From contig NIVC01000237.1 in the NCBI GenBank assembly GCA_002269645.1, positions 124,001 through 188,000 of the forward strand: a DNA stretch of 64,000 nt. The letters run 5' to 3'. Under the pieces are notes generated by a model. The model was not told the origin of the DNA, searched no databases, and worked only from the letters and a program-made list of their open reading frames with translations. Shown one piece after another: positions 1 through 12,500 of the stretch. Position 1 is the first letter of the stretch, and each line of letters starts with the position of its first letter. This stretch comes from Macrostomum lignano (Eukaryota). A program made the translations under genes and the position numbers.

Positions 1-372
1 TCAGTCAGTGGTGTGTCAGAGTCATAAGTCTGGTTTTATTACGGGCTCTTATCACCTTGTTAGCAAGCGCGTCAACTATTCATGCCGCCGAGACGAGAGC
101 ATTTTAGTAACAACTCTGAGATGCTGTGGCCGCGATGCTTGGAGGCAGAGAGGAAGGCCGGAAGGGAGCCAGAGATTCATATAGATGCGCTATTATTTGC
201 TGATTGTTCGTGACAAATAAATCCAAATACATCTAACTGCGTGAGCTGCTATCGATTATAATTCAACTACTGATAGTAGATGTGTTGCGTATTTTGATGT
301 TTGACTTGCCAAGTAGCACGGGTTTCTATGTACAACTTTGGCAAAAAGTCATTAGAGTGAGTAGCAATAGGA

Positions 373-482
373 CAGGTTTGTCCCAGGTTTGTCCCAGGTT
401 TGTCCCAGGTTTGTCCCAGCCAGGTTTGTCCCCAGGTTTGTCCCCCAGGTTTGTGCCCAGGTTCTTCCCCCAGGTTTGTCCA
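373..482. repeat. Minisatellite, ~11-bp unit CAGGTTTGTCC
   Basis: About 10 tandem, slightly variable copies are visible; the array explains ORF 282..539. Confidence 0.9.
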
Positions 483-861
483 AGGAAATCTAATTTAGGC
501 GGCACAAGAATAGTGGTGCAAATCTGTAAGCCCCTTTAAAACAAGGTCATAACAAACAAGGCAGATGTATAAAAACGCAACTTTTTATGCTGTACTTTAG
601 TCTGTAAATATTGTACAGGTCAGCTATGCCGTTTGTATTGCGCTAAGATAAGCGACAAAAAATTCAGGTTGAAAAGTTTGCAAACAGTTGATTGGGAGAA
701 GCACGCCTGTTGAAGTCTGAAGTCTGATCGCCGCGACTTCCTGGCTTGTTGAGTTGCTGAGAAATCTTTTGAGAAGGTTCATAACTTGTCTAGAGGGTTT
801 CGAAAAATGTAAGTGAATTTTTAGCTTAAATATCATTTTTAGAGACACTACTGCATCTATT

Positions 862-1110
862 GAGTGTCTGGACACTGCATCTAGAGTGTCTGGACACTGC
901 ATCTAGAGTGTCTGGACACTGCATCTAGAGTGTCTGGACACTGCATCTAGAGTGTCTGGACACTGCATCTAGAGTGTCTGGATACTGCATCTACAATGTC
1001 TGGACACTGCATCTACAATGTCTGGACACTGCATCTACAATGTCTGGACACTGCGTCTACAATGTCTGGACACTGCATCTACAATGTCTGGACACTGCGT
1101 CTAGAGAGTG
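862..1110. repeat. Minisatellite, 22-bp unit CTGGACACTGCATCTA(GAG/CAA)TGT
   Basis: About 11 tandem copies in two unit variants. Confidence 0.92.
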
Positions 1111-1485
1111 TCTGGACACTATATCTATATACAATATATAGATGCATCTTGAGAATCAAGGGACAGATTATGTGTAGAGATTTAAATGTTGAAGACATTC
1201 GTTAAGATAATCTTTAAAAATACCTTGACAATTAGGGAAGAACGCCTAAGCAGCATGGCCCAAACTTCTGAGTCAGTTTTCGTCGAAGAGTGATCAGGGA
1301 TCAATGGATTTTTCCCAGACCATTCCTATTCCGGCGGCGATAAAACCCGACCATAATCCAACTTTTCGTTGCTATGCTCCAGAGACTTTTTCAGGCGGCT
1401 TGGATGGGGAATCTCGGGATACGGGCAGGTATTTTTGTGTACAAACAATTCAAGAAATTCAATAGTCCGCCAGTCAGTCGAGTTG

Positions 1486-2370
1486 CTAGGCGGGCCAGTG
1501 CGGCAGATGTGCGCGCTCTCGACAGCTGGGGCAGTTTAGCCTCCTCAAATAGCCACTCAGAGAATCTGAGTCAGCTCCTTCCGACACCTCCAGGGCGAGG
1601 CGGCGTCGGCTGCCTGACCTTCGCCCTCGACCACTGCCTCGATGTCGGTCTCGCCGACTTCTCCGCCAGCGGCTTGGCCTTCGTTCATCATTGTTGCAGT
1701 TGTTCAGGCTGGCGCTGTCCGTGGCCTCCGTGGTGGTCATGCGCAGTCGCAGGACGCAGTCGCTGACAAGGCTGTTGGTCTCGTCTCCGTTGTCACCGTC
1801 GGAGCTGTCGCATGACGAAGTCGTCGCTTTCAACGAGAGACTCTCCATCTTGGACGCCGAGACTGACGACAGCTCGGCGGTCTCCGTGTCGGTGGCGTCG
1901 TCTACCAGCGGGTTGCAGTCGGTGCGCACTGGCGTCAGGAGGCGGCGCTGGCGCACGCGATGCACCGTCGGGGCAGCCGTCCGAAGCTGATGCGGCCGCA
2001 ATGGCGACGGCGGACGGAGCAGCATCGCCGACTCAGATGGCACGGGACAGGCCTCGGCTAGGGGCAGCGGAGCCACGACGCTGAGCTGCTGCTTCTGCTG
2101 CTTCGGCTGCTGTGGCTGCCGCGGTGCAGCCTGATTCGTCCGACGACGCGCCGTGGACGCCAGACGGCCGGTCAGCCGCCTCAAGAGGCCGGCTCCGCCT
2201 TGGTGCCGCTTTTCTGACCCGCTGCCACCGCTGTTCACGGAGCAGTTGTCGCCTTCAAACTGAACAGCTGCTGACGCCTGTTGGCGCTGAAATTTCAATG
2301 ATCGGTTCAAGAACTTTGGTGTTCTTTGAAACTTTGGCTTTGCACCTTTGCAAAGTGCTACAAGCATCAA
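1486..2370 (-). CDS. Possible terminal exon(s) of an uncharacterised low-complexity (Ser/Arg/Gln/Asp-rich) protein
   Basis: A 294-codon GC-rich ORF with composition like the genuine exons in this window. No domain recognised, and the upstream exons could not be assigned with confidence. Confidence 0.35.
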   Translation of the reverse strand: MMLVALCKGAKPKFQRTPKFLNRSLKFQRQQASAAVQFEGDNCSVNSGGSGSEKRHQGGAGLLRRLTGRLASTARRRTNQAAPRQPQQPKQQKQQLSVVAPLPLAEACPVPSESAMLLRPPSPLRPHQLRTAAPTVHRVRQRRLLTPVRTDCNPLVDDATDTETAELSSVSASKMESLSLKATTSSCDSSDGDNGDETNSLVSDCVLRLRMTTTEATDSASLNNCNNDERRPSRWRRSRRDRHRGSGRGRRSGSRRRLALEVSEGADSDSLSGYLRRLNCPSCRERAHLPHWPA

Positions 2371-2443
2371 CTGATACTGACGCTTCCGTCGATTTTTTAA
2401 TCATCTTGAAGACAGTGCCGTACGCGAATAGGGGGCAGGAGGG

Positions 2444-2960
2444 ATGCCCACCAAGAGACAGGGGCGCCCACCTAAGAGACAGGGGCGCTCACCTAGAGAC
2501 AGGAGCACCAACCTAGGAGACAGGGGCACCAACCTAGGAGACAGGGACACCAACCTAGGAGACAGGGGCACCAACCTAGGAGACAGGGGCGTCCACCAAG
2601 AGACAGGGGAGCCCGCCAAGAGACAGGGGCGTCTACCAAGAGACATGGGCGCCCACCAAGAGACAGGGGCGTCTACCAAGAGACATGGGCGCCCACCAAG
2701 AGATAAGGGCGCCCGCCAAGAAACAGGGGGCGCCCAACAAGAGACAGGGGCACCCACCTAAAAAACAGGGGCACCCACCTACAGGAGACAAGGGGCGCCC
2801 GCCAAGAGACATGGGCGCCCACCAAGAGAAAAGGGCGCCCACCAAGAGACAAGGGGCGCCCAACAAGAGACAGGGGCACCCACCTAAAAAACAGGGGCAC
2901 CCACCTACAGAAGACAAGGGGCGCCCGTCAAGAGACATGGGCACCCCCAAAGACACCAAG
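2444..2960. repeat. GC-rich degenerate minisatellite (CAAGAGACAGGGGCGCCCAC-like units with higher-order duplication)
   Basis: The AGAGACAGGGGC(G/A)CCC core recurs; it generates several repetitive ORFs (2401-3016). Confidence 0.9.
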
Positions 2961-3439
2961 TATTGATGCCCCATGGGGTTACACGCCCCTCCAATTAAAA
3001 CTTCTGTCCACGCCACTGCTTCAAGAGACCTACCGTCGTATCGCCCGTCTTCCCCTGCAAGCTGTTGCCACTGTCAACTCTGCGACCTTTTCGCAGAAGC
3101 AGGCGCGAAATTTTTCCTGGCATGCCAATCGGAAATCCGGCTGACCTCGATCAAAGCCGTTGCTTCGATGCAATTTTTATTACGCCACCGCTGATGCCAG
3201 GACAGCTCAGCTGCTGTAAGCTGCAGTACTTTGCACTTGACGCTAAGCGTTAGGCAAATATATGTAATGATTGCTGCATGCTGGTCTCAAAGGATGCAGA
3301 CCCTATGAATTCAATTGAATGTCTATGGCTCTGTGTAGCGAACGTCTAATTTTAATTCTTCCCACAGCTATATGAAAGTGAATACGATCACTGTCTTAGC
3401 CAATACGAAGCATTAACCTACAACGAAAAGATTACTATA

Positions 3440-3918
3440 GCAACAACAAAACCAACAACAACAATTAGGTACACCTCGTGTCGTCCAAGCAAGTGAGAGG
3501 TGTCAAAATGCGCGTCTTTGGGCTGCACTTCTTTAAAAGTCAGCTCCCCAGTCAAAGTCAGAACGGAGGTTTGCGCATTCCTCAGCTCGGGGTAGCGCGT
3601 CGTTCGCCCTTGGCCTCGTCTCCGCGGACCCAGCGTCGCCGTCCACAACAGCAGGTCATGTAACGGGCATGGGCCGCAGCGCGCACACCGAACGCAGAGC
3701 GCAGCATCGCAGACTGTGCGGCGTCCAGCTGCTTCTCCGGGGCATCCTTCACAGTCAAGGTCTCGGCGTTGCAGAGCAGAACAGTCTCAACAGCTCCCCG
3801 AAACAGCTGAGTCCTGCTCACGTCATCCCGACCCTCAGATTGTTGCACTGAGTGCACGGAGCGTAAGGCGGTTCAGGCCAGCCTGCGTCTCCTATGCAAT
3901 GGCTTCGGGGAAACCACT
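3440..3918 (-). mobile_element. 5'-truncated, degraded RTE-clade non-LTR retrotransposon (3' end of RT ORF plus microsatellite tail)
   Basis: The minus strand reads RRRLA*...QLFRGAVETVLLCNAETLTVKDAPEKQLDAAQSAMLRSAFG...GPRRRGQGRTTRYP, matching the RTE post-RT pattern (LFRAxVESVLLY-E-W...LDG-YTRMLR...RRRGRP-T-Y). It ends in a (GTT)n-like tail at ~3441-3465. Confidence 0.7.
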
Positions 3919-4560
3919 GTAAAAATCCTTGTAATAAACAAGTAAGAAACTTTTTTCTTGTCTTTCCTTTGTTCGCCTTCGTTTTGCTGTCGTTTCTTAC
4001 GTATACGAGTTCGTAGCCCCGAAATTGTGATTGTAGACAAGAGCCACAGAATTCAGACTGCATTCACAAAATAATTTGTGATAAAGATGAACTTCATTTA
4101 TATAAATCACTTGATTTAATGAACCTATAGCAATAGCCCATGCTCAATGGCTCCATCAAGGTGAGAGCAGACGCTCTTTCAAACTGGGCGGGTCCCAGAC
4201 TTGCCAAGTTCGTCGACCTTTCGTGAGCCTTGTGCACGTGTGCAAGCATGCTTAATCTATTGTTGAAGAGTTTTGAGTTGCTGGTGTTATGGCGGGCGCA
4301 CACCAGTGCTTAGGGGGGTAATTTACTCGTAAAGTACGCTATGCGTCACCCATTTAGTTGTCACTCACTCAGTCTGATTGCGTCATCCACCGACTCATCT
4401 CTCATCGTACAGCAGTGGGTTTATTTCTATCGTACGCGATTCCACCGTGCTAACTTGTTAACGTGCAGTACGCTAGCATAAATATATAGCAAATCGCGAG
4501 CAACTCAAATCGCTACTTTCTACTAACAAATCATTGAAGCTCAATTCAAACACAACATAT

Positions 4561-4570
4561 TGGCGACGAG
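4561..4570 (+). other. Primer-binding site TGGCGACGAG (complementary to the 3' end of tRNA-Ser(GCU)-type tRNA)
   Basis: Lies 3 nt after the LTR end. Animal tRNA-Ser(GCU) ends in ...CUCGUCG-CCA (established knowledge). Confidence 0.75.
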
Positions 4571-5228
4571 AATGGCAGACTTTAGTCTGAGCCCACCAAC
4601 TCCGTACCTGGCCAGCCCGAGCGAGCCAAGCTGCCCGTGGCCAAGATGGAAGAGTCAGTTCGCGACCTATTCAGCGGCAACAGAACTGGACAAAACATCG
4701 GAGGCGAGACAAATGGCCGTCCTCCGACACTGTCTTGGGCCAGGTCAACGGCAGGCGGAAAGCGTGAAGGTGGACGACGTAAAGACATTGATTGAGGAGC
4801 TGGACAAGCTCTTCAAGCCGAACCAGAGCGTCATCGCAGCGCGATACAGATTCCGCTGCAGGGACCAGAGACCAGGTGAACCAGTGCAGATGTACGTCAG
4901 AGAACTGCAGCAACTCGCGGCCGACTGTGCGTTCAAAGACGCAAATGGTGCGGGACCGAAAAGACCTGCGTGCCCCACATTCGAGAGCGACTGCTGATGG
5001 AGTCGGATGACCTAACACTGGAAAAATCTCTTAAACTCGCCATCCAAATCGAGACTGCCATCAAGGAAGCCAAGGCCATCGCTGATGCCCCCAGCGCGCC
5101 CTCCAGTCAGAAAAGCGCGGTGCAGGCCGTCACCAAGCCCAAGGCGGGGACCAGGCCAAAGAAACCACATGAGGGAGTGAAGTGCCGATGCTGTGGAGGC
5201 CAATACAGCAAGGAGCAGAAATGCCCAG

Positions 5229-8200
5229 TGTGATGCTCTGATGGCAACTCTAGTGCTTGATGAATAACGAAGCTCGTATCTTGCTTTGCTTGTTTATTTG
5301 GCTTTAGGACCACATTAATGTTAGCGGGGCTTGTAACAAGATTAATTATGAAGCTAGGACACTTATATATTAGGAAGGGATGAGGGAGGCGGCATTTGGG
5401 CGCAGCGGCCATAGACTATTGCACGAGCGTATGTCATGTCTCCCTCCAGAAGGAAAGAGTTGAACTGTCTCCGAACAATGTAAACTTTATGTTGGGAACT
5501 CAACAGATAACTAATTCAAATTCAGCGTGTCAGATTTCATTTTGGTTACTCGTAATGTGTAGCTAATGCGGTTTTTAGCAGTCACGAGGAGTAGCGGTCT
5601 GGTTGGCGACGCATCCGGGTGCTACGGCGAATTCCACCTGCTTTTTGTTCTTGCGCGCCTTGGGTCGAATTGTCGCTGGCCTTCCCTGCCTCCGTGTCTG
5701 TGGGATCTCCTGCCATTGATTCTTCATCGTCGTGTGGCAGTGGAGCAAGTTGGTTGTCGCTTGCCAAACGCAGTTCGCTCCCGTCCAACACGAAGGCCGT
5801 GTTGCGTCCTCGGTTCATCACGTATTCGACAGTGGAGGGTGGAACGTCCGAAGTTGGATGATACAGAACGCGCTCGCCTTGGTTGAACGTGGAGACTACA
5901 GGAGCGCGTAGTTGGCGTCCAAAAACAATCTCAGCTGGTGTCTTGCCCCTACACGTGGATGAGTTTCGGTGATGAAACAGCAATCGCTGTAGATGGGAAC
6001 AAATTCAGCGTGGGTGGTTCGTTCGTTCCAGGCCCGCAGAGCTCGTTTGACTGTCTGGACTGCTCGCTCAGCCGATCCATTGGCCTGGGGATAATAAGTT
6101 GGTGATTCCATCTTCTTTATGCCATTTTGGTGCAGCCAGCTCCTCAGTGAATCGCTGACGAACTCCGGAGCATTGTCCGAAACTAAAAGTTCAGGCACGC
6201 CAAAGCGTGTGAAAACAGTTCTGAGGCATTTAATGATCTGATCTGTGGATCGATCTTTACAGGGAAAGGCCTCGATCCAACCAGAGTGAGAGTCGACTGC
6301 TATCAGGATGTTTCCAACATTCTTTACGTACGCCCAGTCAACGTGAAGCTTTTGAAACGGGTATTCAGTCGATGGCCAGGTGTCTCTGGTCTTCCCCAAT
6401 CTGGGCCGCAGCCTGTTGCATACATCACACTGGCTGACAAATCGCTCGATGTCAGCGCGCATTCCAGGCCACCAGCAGGACAAGCTCATGAAGTTGAGTG
6501 TCGCCAAAGACCCAGAGTGAGTGTCATGCGCTGCACGAAAAGCTTCTTTCCGCAGTCTTGGCGGAATGTAGACCTGGCGACCCTTGAACAGTAAGCCGTC
6601 CTCGATAGTTAGGCATTGCGATACGGCCTGGAATGGTTTCTCAGCCTGAGAACAGCCAGCCCAGTTTCCCGAGCGAATTCGGTGCATCACTTTTTTTATG
6701 AGCTCATCCAACTCTAGCTCTGCGGCAACCCGGTTCCTGGAAATGACAGACGGCTCGAAGGCAACGTAATCAATGGCTTCGCAGACTTCCGCCGAATCGT
6801 TAGATGAGTCAGTGAAGCGTAGGCGAGAAAGCGCATCGGCATGTGGAATCTTCTCTCCCGGTATATAGCGTATGGTCAAGGTCAAGGTGGTCAAGGTGCA
6901 TCATCGCGAGTGCCCATCTGCTAATGCGAGCGGAGGTGTTCAGCGGCACCCCGCGAGACTGGCCGAAGAGCTGTTCGAGAGGCTTATGATCCGTCTGTAT
7001 TGTAAAGTGGCGGCCCAGTAAATAGTGCTTCAGCCGGCTGACTGCCCAAAAAACGGCAAGGGCTTCTCGCTCTATATTCGAATAGTTTTGTTCGGCAGTA
7101 GAAAGACACCGAGAAATATAGATCACAGGATGGCCATCTTGCGTGACCACTCCTGCAAGCGCTCCCTTGGAGGCATCTGTGGTAAGAGTGAGTTCCTTTT
7201 CTAATGAGTATGGCTGGACTATGGGTTGAGAGGCAATCTCCGTCTTGAGTTGCCTGAAGGCTCGGTCACACTCAGCTGTCCACTGAAAGTTGGCGTCCGT
7301 TCTGCGCAGTCGATTTAGCGGCTGGATCTTTCCAGAGAAGTTGGGTACTAGCCTTCCAAAGAAGTTTATTAGACCAACAAATCGTTCCAGCTCCTTCTTG
7401 TCTTTGGGTTGTGCGATGCTGCGGATTTTCTCAACCAATCGATCATCGGGTTGGATGCCAGCAGCAGAAATTTTAAATCCCAGAAATGATATTTCATCAG
7501 TCGCCTCGATGCATTTGCTTTCGTTGATGGTGACATGCTTTTCTGCCAGCCTAGTCTTCACAGCACGAAGTCTTTTCTGTAGTGAATCACTGTTTTCGGC
7601 GAAAACTAATACGTCGTCTTGGTAGATGAGAACGCCCTTTAGGTCTGACAGAATACTTTCCATCGCGCGCTGAAAAATAAAAGATGCATTCTTCATCCCC
7701 ATCTGAAGTCTTTTCACGCGAAATAATCCTTTGGATGTGTTAATTATCGAGAGATCCTGAGCAGCCTCGTCCAATTCGATCTGCCAGTAGGCCCACCTCA
7801 GGTCTACTTTGGCGAACTTCTTGGCGTTTTTTAGTTTGGAAAATAGGTGCTCCACGCTAGGGATGGGATAGTCCTCTGACTTGATCTTTGCGTTGACGTG
7901 AACGCTGTAGTCAGCGCACATCCTTAGGGTTCCATCTTTCTTTTTGACCCAGACGACAGGAGAAGCATTGCTCACCGGGCCGTCAACTGGTTCTATCACG
8001 CCCAGCTGCTGCAGCCTGTCCAATTCAGCGTTGATGGAGGATTCCAGGGCGACAGGCACGGGACGCGCACGGCAAAACCTCGGAGTGGCACCAGCGATGG
8101 TCTCCATTTTGGCCTTGATGCCTTTAATCACGGGTAGGGCATCCACGCTGTTACCGATGCTAGTGGGGCATGTGCTGTGGACTTGCGCTGAGTCCAATAA

Positions 8201-9572
8201 GTCACGGCCTAACAGACCGAATGTCTTAGAGGCCTGTACAACGATCAGTTCAGCAGGGTGAAACTTGCCGCGAAGTTCAATGGCGGTTGATAACTTGCCG
8301 AGGACTTTAAGCGTGTGGCCATCGTAGGCTTGAAGACGGCGATGACACTTCTGGAGGGCCGGGCGGCGGAATGACTCCCAGAGAGTGCTTGAGATGACGC
8401 TCACCGCAGCACCGGTGTCTACTTGCATTGGGATTTGAGCACCATTGATGACTATGTTTTCCAGTGTCGAGTCGATAGCGTGAATCGTGTCCGCGTCCCC
8501 AAGGTGAAGAAGGGACGTGATATCTGGTTGCGGCGTGTCTGCGTTTGAGAGCTCCTCGACGTTGTGGAGCTGGCGTGGTCGGGAGGATCGACATACCGAT
8601 GCAAAGTGGTTTGGTTTTGAGCATTTGCTGCAGGTTTTTCCAAACGCTGGGCACTTTCCAGGAACATGGACTTGACCGCAGTAACCACACTGTCCAGTCC
8701 GTGGTCCAATCTTGCGAGTGGTAAAGTTGTTCTTTGTAGCCAAAGAGCCATGGTGAATCTCCGGAACAGTTTCCTTTGGTGGGGAGGTCGTGAACGGCGT
8801 ATAGGCTTGTTTGGACACGAACTCTTTCACTTGCTGGGCAACGAAATCTACGATTTCCTCGACCGACAGCTCCTTGATCTGCATAGCTTCTAGAACTTTT
8901 TGCTGTGTTGTGGGACAGTGCATGCCAGCGACTAACGCCAATTGAATCATGACCTCTTCTGGGCTTTCTGCCTCTTTCAGCGAATCGAATTTGCAATGTT
9001 GGGCGGCCTTTCTTAGGCGCGAGAGGTAATCCGGAAGAGACTCGTCGTGCTGTTGCCGGATGGTGTAGAAGCGAGTTCGCTCGGCAATGGTGATGCGCGT
9101 CTTTGGTTGAAGGTAACTTTGAATGGCGGCCTCGATTGCAGAAAACTCCAATTCATCGATCTTCTTTGGGGCCACCAGAGATGTTAGCTTTTCAAGTGCT
9201 GGCAATCCGCATAGTGCCAGAAAGTTATCAGCAATTTCTCTGTTGGTGCCTTCATCTTTCCATTTCTTGGCTCGAGCGAGCGCACGGAATGCTGTTAGCC
9301 ACGTCAGGGCGCGCTCAGGTTCTGAAAGTTCGATGCGTCCAAGTGCTTGCGACGCCATTGTGATGCTCTGATGGCAACTCTAGTGCTTGATGAATAACGA
9401 AGCTCGTATCTTGCTTTGCTTGTTTATTTGGCTTTAGGACCACATTAATGTTAGCGGGGCTTGTAACAAGATTAATTATGAAGCTAAGACGCTTATATAC
9501 GAGTATTAGGAAGGGATGAGGGAGGCGGCATTTGGGCGCAGCGACCATAGACTATTGCACGAGCGTATGTCA
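5229..9572 (-). mobile_element. Nested Ty3/Gypsy (Mag-like) LTR retrotransposon
   Basis: LTRs at 9359-9572 and 5229-5436 (TGAC...CACA on the minus strand) differ by 3 substitutions and a 6-bp indel. The 5-bp TSD CCCAG is at 5224-5228 and 9573-9577. PBS TGGCGTCG at 9357 downward; PPT GGAGGGAGA just before the 3' LTR. Confidence 0.96.
5582..9358 (-). pseudogene. gag-pol: gag-pol of the nested Gypsy (Gag, 2x CCHC, protease, RT, RNase H, integrase) with two frameshifts
   Basis: ORF 9358-6809: CGYCGQVHVPGKCP/CSKCSKPNHFASVC, VDTGA, YQDD, TDASK. ORF 6894-5896: HDTHSG...CDVC, VDWA, SDNA, AERAV. The C-terminus is in 5983-5582. Frameshifts are a 10-bp local duplication (~6880-6900) and a 1-nt loss (~5990). 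Confidence 0.93.
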
Positions 9573-12500
9573 CCCAGCAATTGGCAAGAACTGCAACAAG
9601 TGCAACAAAGCCAACCACTTCGCGGTCGTGTGCAAGAGCAAGACCGTGGCGACCGTCAGCGAAGGCCCAAGCACCGTCCTCCACATCAAGGACCAGGAAG
9701 CGATGCCAGCGCACGTCATCAAGTGCACCATCGTCGGCAAGCCGTTGACACTGACGTTGGACAGCGGCGCAGCGGTTTCAGTGATCAGCCTCTCAGACTT
9801 CCAGCGGGTGCTGCACCACGCGGTCAGCAAGGGAGAGCCGGCAACTTCGCTGATATCATACGGCGGGTCCCGCATCAAGACGCACGGCACAGCAACGCTT
9901 CCGGTGACATTCAAGGACAAGACAAGCGCAGTGACCTTCCATGTGGCAGAGGGCACGTCAGCCGTTCGGAGTGACCCTTAGTGTCAGTCAGCTGCAAGAA
10001 GGCGAACTACAGCTGCATGACAGCTTCAAGAGCCTGTTCGGACCAATCTGGCTGGCCAAAGCCATCGTGCACAAACCGAAGCTCAAGCCGGAGGCTAATC
10101 CAGTCGTCCAAGCACGCCGCAAGATTCCGCTAGCGATGAAAGAAGCGGTTAAGGCAGATCTCGAACGGCTGGAGGCTGAGCAAATTATCGAGAAAGCCAG
10201 CGCAAGTGCCTGGGTGAGCAACATGGTCATCGCGCCAAAGAGCGACGGAGGATCCTATTATGCGTTGACCTGCCCACCCGACGCCGGCCATCGACGAGCT
10301 GGCAGCAGAGTTCAGGGAGTCAAAGGTCTTCTCGAAGCTCGACATGAAGACGGGCTACCTTCAGTTTGAACTACACGAAGGCAGCCGACACCTGACAGCG
10401 TTCATAACGGACGAGGGGCTGTATCAGTTTCGCCGCGTCCCGTTCGGCCTCAGCAGCGCGGCAGGATTCTTCGACTTCCACGGCTTCCGGATATCAGGTA
10501 TCGGCATCCAGACGATCGCAGGTCGTCCTGCGGGTCTTTGGCATCCGATCGCCTACAGCTCGCGCTCTCTAACCCCGGCCGAATACAACTACTCGGTCGG
10601 CGAAAAGGAGGCGCTCGCAGTCGTCTGGTTGGTCGAGAAATGGCATCTGTTCACTTACGGCAGGCCAGTAACAGTCTTCACGGACCACAGCACGCTGAGC
10701 ACGCTGCTGACGGCAGGAAGCCAAGGGGTGCGGCCGCTGTGCATCCTACTCTGGACCGAACGGCTGCGCGCGTACCCGCTGGTCAACATCCGCTACGCCC
10801 GCGGCAGCGACAACACGGTCGCCGATCTACTGCCAAGGCAGCATCCAAATACGCACAGCGGAAACGAGCAGGACAGCAATGCAGATGAGTTCGAAGTAGA
10901 TCCTGATGACTCAACTCGCACCGATAGTCAGCCTCAACGAAGTCCGCGAAGAGACCACGAGGGACACGACCTCACAAACCGTCACGCGCTTCAAGGAGGG
11001 ATGGCCCGCAGGAAAGCAGCTGCCCCAGAGCTTCAGGAGTTTCACCGCGCCAGAGACGAGTTGTACCTGTGGGGAGACGGCTGCATCGCCCGAGGCCCAG
11101 CGACGGTGATCCCAGCAGAGCTTCGTCATCGCGTCATCAGCATGGCTCACGAAGGGCATCACGGCATCGTGCGGTCCAAGCAGCAATGCCGAACAGCCGC
11201 CTGGTGGCCTGGAATCAGCAAGGACATCGAGACGGCGGTGAGGAACTGCATGGCCTGCGCACAGGCTGGCGAATCCACGCGACCGAGCGTTCCGCCGATG
11301 ATCATCACGAGCACCCCGGCGGCAGCCTGGGAAGATCTGCAGCTCGACATATGCGGCGAGTTCAAACGGGCACCAAGGCACCAACGATTCGCGATCGTCC
11401 TGGTTGACAAATTTAGCCGGTGGCCGGAGGTCGCGCTGGAGGAAACTGTCACCACGAAGTCCATCATCAACTTCCTCGAGATCATCTGGACGAGATGGGG
11501 CACTCCGAAGAGCATTACGACAGACAACGGACCCCAGTTCGGGCGTAAGTTCGACGACTACGTAGACGGCAGAGCGGTCGAGCACAAGCGAACAGCGGTC
11601 TACTGCCCAGAGCAAAACGGCAACGTCGAGCGCTTCAACAAGACGCTAGGCGAGGGCATCGACGCACATCTGACCGCGGGCTGAAGCTTCAGCGACGTCG
11701 TCCGAGAGGTCATCGCCGCCTACAGAGCAACAAAGAGCGACGTCACGGGTTCGAGCCCACACGAGCTGATGACCGGCCGAGTCATGAGGACGTCACTACG
11801 CGCGCTCCAGCCGCCCACCGACGCCGAGACAGCAACGGCAACTCAGGACCGGATCAACGCCTACAAGCAGCGATCTAAGAGCAACACCGATCGTCGGCGA
11901 AGGGCTACAGCGGCGCGGGCAGCGGCAATCCAAGACGGTGCATGGGTGCACATCCGCCGGCCCGTTCCTCCCGGCAAGCTCGAGCCAATTAACGTCGGGC
12001 CTTTCCGGGTGCGGAAACGTCTCAAGACAACCGTGCTACTCGAGAACGGCAAGCGGTGGCATCTGCGTCGCTGCATCCTGACTGAGCGAGAGGGTCGCGA
12101 CACCCGCAAGCGGCGACGACGAAGGCCTGGGGACCACCATGGACCTAACCGAACTGGCCGGGCAGAACGCTGGTCCCGCCGCCGAGCCGCCGGACGCCCG
12201 GCCGATGCAGCGGAGATCGAACCGCGTGCGTCGGCCGCCAACGCGATGCCCGGATTGAGGCAGGAGTCGACGACTGAGCTTGAATTAACTTTTGAACATG
12301 ACATGCGATTCGGAATCCCATGTAGGGGGATGTTAGGAGGGCGCACACCAGTGCTTAGGGGGTTAATTTAAAGTACGCTATGCATCACCCATTTAATTGT
12401 CACTCACTCAGTCTGATTGCGTCATCCACCGACTCATCTCTCATCGTACAGCAGTGGGTTATTTCTATCGTACGCGATTCCACCGTGCTAACTTGTTAAC

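Larger units (their letters stand above)
4572..12330 (+). pseudogene. gag-pol: gag-pol pseudogene of the outer Gypsy element, split by the nested insertion
   Basis: Gag at 4572-5228 (ARYRFRCRDQRPGEPVQMYVRELQQLAADC). Zinc knuckle, protease and pol continue at 9573-12330. It has frameshifts, a premature TGA at 11682 and deletions removing the RT YxDD motif. Integrase HHCC (HEGHHG...CMAC) and D,D,E remain visible. Confidence 0.9.

Noticed and set aside
3270-3320. Weak resemblance (ATGCTGGTCTCAAAGGA) to the 5' end of 18S rRNA
   Set aside because: The match is only ~15 nt and none of the following conserved 18S sequence is present.
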